From positions 224,001 to 288,000 of the forward strand of contig JBFMAF010000024.1 in the NCBI GenBank assembly GCA_040755995.1: a stretch of DNA of 64,000 bases, written 5' to 3'. Made by a program: the position numbers and the translations under genes. The notes below the pieces were generated by a model, which did not search any database, was not told the origin of the DNA, and worked only from the letters and a program-made list of their open reading frames with translations. Of this stretch, positions 17,501-24,766 are shown in pieces (within the stretch, counting starts at the first letter, position 1; each line of letters starts with the position of its first letter). Origin of the DNA: Acidobacteriota bacterium. GTDB lineage: Bacteria > Acidobacteriota > CAIWXX01.

Positions 17501-19298
17501 GCGCGCCGTTGCGCCTCACGCTGTCCGGGGCGTCGAAGCCGGTATTCGTGTACGTGATCCTCTGGCCATCCGGGTAGACGACTGCGCTGAGGTTGTTGCT
17601 GGCATCATGCTCGTACGCCAGCGTCTTTGCAGACATTCCCGGGATAGTGAGCGTCTCATGCTCGACAGACCCCAGCGGATTGTACGAGATGCCGGTCCGC
17701 TTCCACCCCTTCGTCGCGCTCTCGACCGAGCGGAGCGTCCCGTCGCCCGGGTCGTAGCCATAGTTCAGGTCATCGTCCCCGGAATTCAGGGTCTTGAGCT
17801 GGTTGAAAGTGTTGTAGCCGTAGTTGATTGCGGTGGTCGCCCAGACCTTCCGTTCGAGGTTGCCCGTGGTGGGGCTGTACGTGTAGCTGATCGTCCCGGT
17901 TTCCGGGTGGCTCTCGCTGGTGACATTGTCCATGCCGTCGTGGGAGTACCTCTGGGTCCGGCCGCCGCTGAGGTCGGCCCGCAGAAGCCGCCCGATGTCG
18001 TCATAGTAGTACGCCGTGGAGACGCCATTCGGTTCGGTGGTGAGCGTGATGCGGCCGGGCAGGCCGTCGTACCGGTATTTCCAATGCTTGCCGTTCGCGT
18101 CTGTCACATCCTTGAGGCCGTTCTCGAGACTCACGATCGTGGTCTTGTTCCGGGGGTCCGTGGTCTGCACAACGTCGCCGGCTTGATTGTAGATATAGCT
18201 GTAGACGTCCAGCGGGTCGGTGCTGCCCCTGGATTCCGCAACCACCCGGCCCTCCTTGTCCAGCTCCTTCCTGTACTGGAGCGTGGTGCCGGTCTTGAGG
18301 TCTTTCTCCGTGTGCCCAAGGGCGCGCCCGAGACCATCCCAGTACTTGACGATCTGCTTCTGCTCCTGAGTGACGGTTGCGCTTCTGCCGTTCTCGGCCC
18401 ATCGCACCGTGATGTTGGCGAACTGCCCGGGCATAGTGACGTCGGTCACGCGGCCCAGGTTGTCGTAGGAGAAGCCCATCGTCCCGCCGTGCTGATTGGT
18501 TTCCGTCAGAATCGAGCTGTCGTGCGGGCTGATGGTTCTACTGAATACGGTGAACCCATCCTGCCATTTCAGAAGCGACTGCACTCCGTGGTCGTACTTC
18601 GCGATCTGTTTGCCGGCGGAGCCCGGGAGGTCCGTCGTGATCGTGATCAGTGCCGGATTCGCCAGCTGGTTCTCGTAGCCCCAGGTAAGCCAGTTCCCTG
18701 ACCCCACCCACCGCTCGACCTGCGTGACGGCGCCCGTTGGGAAGTCGTACGTCGACTTCGTCTCCTTGAGCTTCCCCGACGATCCGGTCGTCGTCTGGTT
18801 ACTGACGTATGAGAGCATGTAGCTGTCTTTGAACCTCTGGTCGCTCTCGAATGCGTAGCTGTATGTGTCTGTGTAGCTGGCCGCGTGGGGGCCCGTGCCG
18901 CTCGAGTGCGTGATCGATGTGGGGAGCCCGCGCTCGTACGGCCCGGTGCGGTCGTAATAGTATGCGTCGATCGTGGTCTGAGCCGGAAGCGTTGTGCGCT
19001 TCACGCTCCTTCTGAGAGGAACCCATATGGGCGCACACTCGTTGAGATGATTGATATCGCCGATCACGTACCTCTGCCAGCCGTACCACTCATGATAGCT
19101 CGTGTCCCCGTACCACTTCTCCGTGATCACAGGGTCCAGCGTGACGTCGCCGGGCAGACCGTATTTGGCGTAGGCCTTCTGTGTGGCCGGTCCGGTCACA
19201 ACTACCGTGTCATCTCCTGCCAGGTTGAATCCTGGATACTCGTAGCTCCATTCCGCGGTCTCGCCCTCGCCATCGACGATGGCCCTCCGCCATACCAC
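14502..19298 (-). CDS. YD/RHS-repeat protein with seven C-terminal PNGGE Ig-like repeats; apparently lacks N-terminus and RHS core end (frame open to 19697)
   Basis: Many YD-type repeats (YDNLGRV, YDDIGRL, YDDLNRL, YDGRGNL, YDDRGMR) then 7 ~95-aa units starting P(N)GGE-like and ending SD..F(S/T)I-like; GTG 19298 after GGGGA is a tentative start. Confidence 0.85.
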   Translation of the reverse strand: MVWRRAIVDGEGETAEWSYEYPGFNLAGDDTVVVTGPATQKAYAKYGLPGDVTLDPVITEKWYGDTSYHEWYGWQRYVIGDINHLNECAPIWVPLRRSVKRTTLPAQTTIDAYYYDRTGPYERGLPTSITHSSGTGPHAASYTDTYSYAFESDQRFKDSYMLSYVSNQTTTGSSGKLKETKSTYDFPTGAVTQVERWVGSGNWLTWGYENQLANPALITITTDLPGSAGKQIAKYDHGVQSLLKWQDGFTVFSRTISPHDSSILTETNQHGGTMGFSYDNLGRVTDVTMPGQFANITVRWAENGRSATVTQEQKQIVKYWDGLGRALGHTEKDLKTGTTLQYRKELDKEGRVVAESRGSTDPLDVYSYIYNQAGDVVQTTDPRNKTTIVSLENGLKDVTDANGKHWKYRYDGLPGRITLTTEPNGVSTAYYYDDIGRLLRADLSGGRTQRYSHDGMDNVTSESHPETGTISYTYSPTTGNLERKVWATTAINYGYNTFNQLKTLNSGDDDLNYGYDPGDGTLRSVESATKGWKRTGISYNPLGSVEHETLTIPGMSAKTLAYEHDASNNLSAVVYPDGQRITYTNTGFDAPDSVRRNGARIVDSALYADYKQPTSIGFANGTTFTAAYLKTGHLGSARLANSTKNLYRAVYGYDGNYNITSITDTNPQLDATFEYDDLNRLTKVEYTPNSAGRVPSIAYQYDGLGNARQITEGTSSPLVQTFNGKNQIIGLPYDGRGNLKSDGVYQYVWDNQNRLAEVRKMNAEAGSDMSSLLAEMDGDTTPDAGTAELPLLASYLYDDRGMRLKTDRSPQGTVVTGEIVVEYPNGGEALIVGKSTTIKWRATSNIATVRIELLISVGNATQIKVIKSSFDAAARQCKWTADTAAGRCYIRISNTAGPEEDTSDAPFSIVQKKLTVREPNGGEHWEALTEHNIVWIADGDFGTQTMAIKYSTDNGTNWKAVDGANALDPKSKSFKWSVPNAPSEQCLIRIHTGNEDTQDLSDGTFTIEPSNRAIKVLYPNGGRVPPHNTELERQTFQAGTEVMISWELTGHFASGKGLRISLVDDSSSPERVRPIAEKGYVTSCRWIVDDAPGNAYRIRVEEITAGVKDESDEHFRIVAAPATLRVTRPEGGELLGVGNKYRIEWVATSVSLCQHVRIDLIKNLPDHDLETIEVVPSCENSGHYLCEVPPVPEGLSGDGWRVRIQDPGDADPSAMSKPFSIVPQQMVIKVEWPNGKNDGLTIGTKQTIKWNPGDMTRIQNVKVSLSRTGKAPYSESLHPGRESVPNSGELPWPVTGPASTECLIEIKDAGGVTADTSDAKFPINDGFTIKKPVGGDVLRNGKSYTIKWSPSGTPKNVKIQIKRDGGDWKHIDPKNTTYTNEGSLSWIVTEPEAAECYLRVSDAANMKFCGETKEPFSIRPSITVTSPNGGEQLKVGTTATIAWTTGGNVRNVNVDISRNNGQSWSRIKAGIVNTGSCQWPVVTPTSTNCLTRVSDLDKDPWDESDATFSIVRVVTGARGENEMSHNCEDVHGGSRQPTTASTPPCPVCGTRCVRDHAPARWIGAGILRTPTVDTARGRSGAWKAGSPSCSGSRGGARV

Positions 19299-20215
19299 GC
19301 GCGATCCCCATGGTCCGCTCTTACCACCGCGGTGAGCTCCGCGCGCTCGGGGCTCATCGCCACAATCGACAACAAGCACGCGACGCCGTCGAAATGCTCC
19401 TCCGGGTGGAACCTGAACGAAAGCCTCCCAGGCGCCGACTGTCTCACCGAATACGGCCCGGCCGTGGCTCCGGGCTCCGCGCTTGCGATGGCCAGCACAC
19501 GGTCGTCGTAGATCACATCGAACGACCCATACGACGGCCACACGCGCGCAGCGACGATCACACGCACGGAGAACTCCTCGCCTGCGGCCGTCTGGATCTT
19601 GCGCGGATCGAAGGCAACCGCCGCTCGCGCTGGAAGAACGTTTTGTACACTCGGCGCCGCGGTCGTCGGGACTGAAGGGGCCGGTGGGCTCGCACATCTC
19701 CGCTCCTCTGCGAGCACCGCTCCAGCACGCCCTCCGGCCGGCGCACCACCGCCAGCGACGGCCTCGAGTGGCTCCTCCATCGCTCGCAAGCGGATGGCGG
19801 CAATCTGGCGCTTCAAGAGGCCATGATCGTTGAAGGGATCCGTGCGGACGGCTTGCGCATACGCCTGGTATGCAGCCGCAAGCTGCTCCGAGCGCTCCAG
19901 CTCTTCGCCGCGCGCAATCAGAGCCTCCGCTCGCTGGGCGATGGCGGAAGCCAGAGCGGCCGAGTACTTCGGATCGCCTGGATCATGCTTCAGAGCTTCC
20001 TGCAGATACCCGATTGCATCCTCGTGCTGTTCAGCACGTTGCGCTCGCATCCCACTGTTGTAAGCACGCGACGCCGCGCACCCCGCGCTCGCGAGGAGCG
20101 CGAGTATCGTCAGCATGCACAAGCGGATACGGCGTCTTCTGGCAGATCCACCCGTGCCGCTGGGCCTCGCCGCGGACCTTTCGGCTCTCCCTACCCCTTC
20201 TGTCACCTCAGTCAC
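19202..20215 (-). CDS. Lipoprotein with TPR N-terminus and cohesin-like C-terminal domain
   Basis: Lipobox ILALLASAGC, TPR-like helices (AIGYLQEALKHDP; AYAQAVRTDP), Pro/Ala linker, cohesin-like strands (GEEFSVRV..FDVIYDDRVL); GTG 20215 after GAGGGG. Confidence 0.7.
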   Translation of the reverse strand: MTEVTEGVGRAERSAARPSGTGGSARRRRIRLCMLTILALLASAGCAASRAYNSGMRAQRAEQHEDAIGYLQEALKHDPGDPKYSAALASAIAQRAEALIARGEELERSEQLAAAYQAYAQAVRTDPFNDHGLLKRQIAAIRLRAMEEPLEAVAGGGAPAGGRAGAVLAEERRCASPPAPSVPTTAAPSVQNVLPARAAVAFDPRKIQTAAGEEFSVRVIVAARVWPSYGSFDVIYDDRVLAIASAEPGATAGPYSVRQSAPGRLSFRFHPEEHFDGVACLLSIVAMSPERAELTAVVRADHGDRAWYGGGPSSMARARPRNGATSIQDSTWQEMTR

Positions 20216-20233
20216 ATGTCCCCTCATATATAT

Positions 20234-20260
20234 AGTTTCGCGAGAAGGCCAATTCTCGCC
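20234..20260 (-). promoter_or_regulatory. Putative ECF promoter motif, copy 3 (degenerate)
   Basis: Plus strand agtttcgcgagaaggccaattctcgcc, 19/27 identical to copy 2; just upstream of the lipoprotein/RHS unit. Confidence 0.5.
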
Positions 20261-20854
20261 GGAGAAACAAAAAGAACTTTCCTGAGCAGAATCTGCAGCC
20301 GAAATTTGGCCCAGGGAATGGGCGCGCTTGTGGGAGGAAACGCCGGACTGTGCACTACCACTTGGCGCTAAGTTATGCATGACTATCATCTCCATCGCAC
20401 ACGATACAATATAGTACTTGTGGAGACCTTTGTCAAATGCGATAAAGGCGCCCCGCGCAAGTTAGCACCATAGGGCGTATCGGCCTTTCGCTCCGCTGGT
20501 CGTGGGGGCTAATTCATAAATTAGGTTGCCAGCGGGCAACGACAACCATATACAACACTGTAGGTTCATTGTGGCTACCAATCATTCGGACGCTAGCCAT
20601 CTTCTCCTCCTGCAGGAATACGCGCAAAATACTACAACGCAGTCCGAGAACCTGTGACACGAATCACACGGGAAGGCGTCTGCGACCCACATTCATGGCC
20701 CTCGCGACGGCCCCCGATGATGGGGTTTCGCATCCGCGGTAGGGCGGCTCCCCGTGTCGACCCAGCGCAGATACTCCGGAGTCTACTCCTGATGCCGCGT
20801 GAGAAGATCGCTGAGGTACTGGTGCGAGTTCGCTGAATTCGGCAAGCAGTGCCT

Positions 20855-21649
20855 TCAGCTCGTCGATCGTTCGATTATCGCCTTCAGTCTCTCCGCCTGC
20901 CTCCGTAGCTCGCCGTTCGAATCGATGATCTTGCGGAGCTCGTCGAGTGCAGCATCGGGCTTGTTCGCGCCCAGGTATGCCAACGCCAGATAGTATCGAG
21001 CGCGTTCGAGAGACATTCCGGCGCTCGTTTCTGCGGCACGCTTCAACGGCCCAATTGCATCCGCGGCCTGACCCATGAGCACAAGAGAGACGCCCTGGTA
21101 GAAGTGCGCCTCAGCGTTCTCCGGGTCCAGCCTGGCTGTCACCTCCAGCTGTTTCGACGCGGACGCGTAGTCTTGTTTCAGGTACGAGGCCATGCCTTCA
21201 TCGAATGCCTCCCAGCCGCCGGCACCACGAAGCACTGGGCGGCTTGCTGGAGGTACATAGGCCGCCTTGGGCACGACCATCCCGGTCCAGAGCCTGGTCT
21301 CAGATCCTGATCCGCGGCCTGACAAGACGAAGTATGCTGTCACCGCCCCGCCGGCGACCAACAGAACGGAGGCTGCCAGTAGCGCCGCCCGCCCGCGCCA
21401 GGCCCATGCTGGCGGCATCCTTTGCGGCAGATCGACGGCTGGAATCTGCTCTGCCCGCGCTGCGCCGCGTAGCACGGCCTGGCGATGATTTCGCAGGGTC
21501 GCCATATGGGGGGCCATCGCGAACACCTCTTCGTGACAGTACGCGCATTCCCACATGTGATCGACGAAGGCCTCGCGCTCACCCTCGTCCAGCATGCCCA
21601 GCTCATAGCGGGTTATCAGCCGACCGACTGCAGGGTCAGTACATTTCAT
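20855..21649 (-). CDS. Zinc-finger (ZAS) anti-sigma factor with TM helix and extracytoplasmic TPR domain
   Basis: HxxxCxxC (HMWECAYC), TM segment ALLAASVLLVAGGAVTAYFVL, TPRs (AHFYQGVSL; ARYYLALAYL); downstream of ECF sigma. Confidence 0.88.
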   Translation of the reverse strand: MKCTDPAVGRLITRYELGMLDEGEREAFVDHMWECAYCHEEVFAMAPHMATLRNHRQAVLRGAARAEQIPAVDLPQRMPPAWAWRGRAALLAASVLLVAGGAVTAYFVLSGRGSGSETRLWTGMVVPKAAYVPPASRPVLRGAGGWEAFDEGMASYLKQDYASASKQLEVTARLDPENAEAHFYQGVSLVLMGQAADAIGPLKRAAETSAGMSLERARYYLALAYLGANKPDAALDELRKIIDSNGELRRQAERLKAIIERSTS

Positions 21650-21726
21650 AGGTCACTCCCTTCCTCTGGATCGAGAACCGCGATCTGTGCTGAAACGGCC
21701 TCTGCTCGGTCCCGGCACTATCGTCA

Positions 21727-22281
21727 TCATTGCGGCCTCCCAGAGAGTATCTCCCGCAGCGCCTTGCGGCACCGAAGCAGCCATTCGTCAACGCGGGCTC
21801 TCGGGGCCCCCAGACTCTCAGCCAGCTCCCGCACGCTCACCCCCTCGCATATTGCGAGAAGCAGCGCCCGGCACCGAGGCCTGCTCTCGCCCAGAAGCTC
21901 GATGGCGCGCCGGACTGCGGGGTACATCAGCGCGGCCTCGATCTGGGGCTCCTGCGACCTGCCCCGGTCAACGGACTCTGGATCGCCAGAATGCAGCTCC
22001 ACCTGTCGCCTCTTCCTTTGCCTCTCATAGTAGTAGTAATTGCCTATGATGTTTCGGAGCACAGCATCGGTATACTCCAGCAGCCCTTGGCGTGTCTGGA
22101 TTTCCGAGAAGTGCTCCTGGACCACCATCAATGTGTCATGTACGACGTCCTCTAAATCTCCCTCACTTACTTTAGATTTGGCGAGAAAGCGGTATCTTGC
22201 GCGCAAATACAAAAAAAGTTTCTCCCGGGCCTCCGGGTCGCCCGCCCGCGCCAGGTAGAAAAGGTCGGCGATCCTACCCAT
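21727..22281 (-). CDS. ECF RNA polymerase sigma-70 family factor
   Basis: ARAGDPEAREKLF, LEDVVHDTL, region 2 (VLRNIIGNYY), region 4 (CRALL..EGVSVRELAESLG..VDEWLLRCRKALR). Confidence 0.9.
   Translation of the reverse strand: MGRIADLFYLARAGDPEAREKLFLYLRARYRFLAKSKVSEGDLEDVVHDTLMVVQEHFSEIQTRQGLLEYTDAVLRNIIGNYYYYERQRKRRQVELHSGDPESVDRGRSQEPQIEAALMYPAVRRAIELLGESRPRCRALLLAICEGVSVRELAESLGAPRARVDEWLLRCRKALREILSGRPQ
22175..22201 (-). promoter_or_regulatory. Putative ECF promoter motif, copy 4, internal to the sigma CDS
   Basis: Plus strand gatttggcgagaaagcggtatcttgcg, 22/27 identical to copy 2 with all mismatches in the spacer; T7 tract upstream on minus strand. Confidence 0.68.
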
Positions 22282-22612
22282 CGCAAGTCTGCTCTGTGGT
22301 CATCGCGTCTGATCTACCCTCCAGCAGGCCGGGGACCAGCGACTCCAACGGCGCTCCCGGGAGGCCGCAGCGGCGGCGGCGGACGCTCTCCTGTTCACAG
22401 CATTCCTCGGGGCATGGACAACGGCCGTATTCTAGCACCACTCGCGTGCCCCTGGTCGAACGAGCCTCGCCTCCTGGTCATCCTCGCTCCGGGCTGTTGG
22501 GGCCTGCTGCGGCGCATTGACAAGTGCGGCACATCTCTGGGAATCTAGGGACTGCAGGCGCGACTGGAGGTGTCGTTTGGAATCTGCGAGGTCGGGGCCC
22601 ACGCCGGAGGAC

Positions 22613-23491
22613 ATGCAGGCCGTCTCCGCGCGCCGTGAGCTGCGCCTTGCCCTCGCCTTCATGGTCCTCATCTGGGGAGCCGGCTACACCGTCGTCAAGG
22701 TCACGCTCCTGGAAATCGCACCCGCTAACATCGCCGCTGCGCGGGTATTGATCGCAACGCTCAGTCTGTTCCTGGTGCTCCGCGCGTCGGGCCGCAACGC
22801 CCGACTCGATATCCGCGCGGTCCCTATGATGGTGCTTCTCGGCTTCACGGGTGTCGCAGCAAACCAGCTTCTGTTCGTCGTCGGGCTGAACCTCACGGTC
22901 CCCTCTCATTCCTCGCTCGTCATCGCCACCGGTCCGGTCTGGGTGCTCCTGCTGGCGGTGGTGTTCCTGGACGAGCGGATCGGGCCGCAGAAGATCGCCG
23001 GCATCGTCCTGTCGTTCGCAGGGGTCGCCGCGCTCACCGTCCACTCCGACTTCAGCTTCGACCCGCATTATCTCGCAGGCGATCTCATCACCATGAGCGG
23101 CTCGTTCTCATTCGCGATCTTCACCGTCATCGGCAGGAAGACTGTACAGCGCTACGGAGTCCTGAAGTCCACGGCGTACTCGCATCTCTGCGGTGCACTG
23201 CTGCTTCTGCCCTTCGCCCTCATCATCCGGACTCCGAACCCGCGCCCCCTCACGGGTGTGGGCCTCTTCGGAGTGCTCTACCTCGCCATCCTCTCCTCCA
23301 CCGTCGCCTACCTCATCTTCAACCGCGGGCTGCGCGACCTTGGAGCCAGCAGCGTCGCGATCCTTAACTACTTCCAACCGCTCCTCGCGATCCTGATCTC
23401 GATCGCACTCGGCCAGGAGCCTCTCACGGCTCAGGTTTTCGCCGGCGGCGCCATGATCCTGGCCGGGATCTTTCTGGCGGAACGAGCCTGA
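22613..23491 (+). CDS. DMT/EamA family transporter
   Basis: Two EamA repeats, ~10 TM helices, IWG..; GGAGG RBS before ATG 22613. Confidence 0.92.
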   Translation: MQAVSARRELRLALAFMVLIWGAGYTVVKVTLLEIAPANIAAARVLIATLSLFLVLRASGRNARLDIRAVPMMVLLGFTGVAANQLLFVVGLNLTVPSHSSLVIATGPVWVLLLAVVFLDERIGPQKIAGIVLSFAGVAALTVHSDFSFDPHYLAGDLITMSGSFSFAIFTVIGRKTVQRYGVLKSTAYSHLCGALLLLPFALIIRTPNPRPLTGVGLFGVLYLAILSSTVAYLIFNRGLRDLGASSVAILNYFQPLLAILISIALGQEPLTAQVFAGGAMILAGIFLAERA

Positions 23492-23493
23492 AC

Positions 23494-23952
23494 ATGAAGT
23501 TTCTCGCCGACTCCATGCTCGGTCGCCTCGCCCGATGGCTCCGCTTCGCCGGCATCGACTGCGCCTACCAGCCCAATCGGCGCGACGAGCCATTCCTGTC
23601 GCGCGCTCGCGCCGAAGGCCGGTTCATCCTCACACTCGATCGCGATCTCGCGGCCAAGGCCGGCTCGCTCGGCTTGCTCCTGCGGGCGTCGAACTACCTG
23701 GAGCAGCTTCGCGAGGTCTTCAAGAAGTTCCATCTGAGCGCCTGCCAGGCGCTCACACGGTGCGCCAACTGCAACGCCCCGCTCGCGCGCGTCGCGCGCG
23801 AGGACGTCTTCGCGCGCGTCCCGGCGCGAGTCTACGAGACAGCTCCCGCCTTCTACCTGTGTACCGGTTGCAGTCGCGTCTACTGGCCCGGCACTCACGC
23901 CGCGTCGATCGAGGAGCGAATCCGGCTTGCCTGCCAGCCCCCGCGCGAGTGA
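23494..23952 (+). CDS. Mut7-C RNase domain protein (DUF82-like)
   Basis: KFLADSMLGRLARWLR..G.D, ILT.D, RC..CN..L, FY.C..C.RVYWPGTH. Confidence 0.92.
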   Translation: MKFLADSMLGRLARWLRFAGIDCAYQPNRRDEPFLSRARAEGRFILTLDRDLAAKAGSLGLLLRASNYLEQLREVFKKFHLSACQALTRCANCNAPLARVAREDVFARVPARVYETAPAFYLCTGCSRVYWPGTHAASIEERIRLACQPPRE

Positions 23953-24055
23953 ATCCGGGCCGCTGATTGTGCCCCCCTCATCGCGTCTCCGCGTCGGATC
24001 GTGTAACGCCCACGGGCAGCCGCGGCAGCGCCCGACCCGGGCTACTGGAGCAGGG

Positions 24056-24553
24056 CTATTGGTACTCCGGGTTGGCCGGTACGAGGACGCGGAGCGAAAG
24101 CGAAGCGCTGGCGACGACCTTTCCGTCGCGGTTACGGAGCATCAGGCGGACGGAGTAGTTGCCCGGCTGATAAAAGTAGAAGTCGTTGCTGAACTCCCTC
24201 ACCATGGTGCTGGGCTGCGTCTGGTCCGCACACGGGCGGCTTCGGATCGATTTGTTGGTCTCGCGGTTGGTGAAGGTTTCGTACTGACGTTCGTACACCC
24301 ACTCTTCGGTCAGGCAATGGAGCGCCGGATCGGTGTCGGAGCCCCCTTCGAGCTTCGCCGTGATCGCGAATCGAGCCGGCGCGAAGAGGTTCTTCGAGCT
24401 CGACTCCATCTTGAGTTTCACCTTGTCGGCTGCTCCGACAGGCGCGGCGGCCGGAGGCAGAGCGAGTCCCACGGCCAGCAAAACCGGCCATCGTCTGGGC
24501 CCGCCGCGCCGGGTCCGTTGACTCGCCGGCCGCCCGTCCCCTACACTGTTCAA
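24056..24553 (-). CDS. Hypothetical exported protein, possible PKD/Ig-like fold (start uncertain)
   Basis: Signal-like RRWPVLLAVGLALPPAAAPVGA, beta-rich body ending QPGNYSVRLML. Confidence 0.55.
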   Translation of the reverse strand: MNSVGDGRPASQRTRRGGPRRWPVLLAVGLALPPAAAPVGAADKVKLKMESSSKNLFAPARFAITAKLEGGSDTDPALHCLTEEWVYERQYETFTNRETNKSIRSRPCADQTQPSTMVREFSNDFYFYQPGNYSVRLMLRNRDGKVVASASLSLRVLVPANPEYQ

Positions 24554-24766
24554 TCTAGGCTCCGCGCGAGTGCATGAAGCGAAGGCGAGATCTGTGCATG
24601 TCTGACTGCCGACCATGGATCGATTCTACATGGTCCACCGAGGATTCTCAAACCACTCTCTACGCGAGGCGCGGTCAACGCAGCCTGGCATGGTTCAAAG
24701 GCCCGAGGCCGCGCCTCGCTGGTACTGTTGGACGGGGCGCCAGGATTCTGATGGAATAGGAACGGC

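Noticed and set aside
19299..19697. N-terminal 133 codons of the 1731-aa RHS ORF
   Set aside because: Arg/Gly-rich off-frame reading of the cohesin-domain gene
9060..22500. Accessory block as a CRISPR type III-E locus or integrated mobile element
   Set aside because: No repeat-spacer array, cas genes, integrase, tRNA or flanking direct repeats seen
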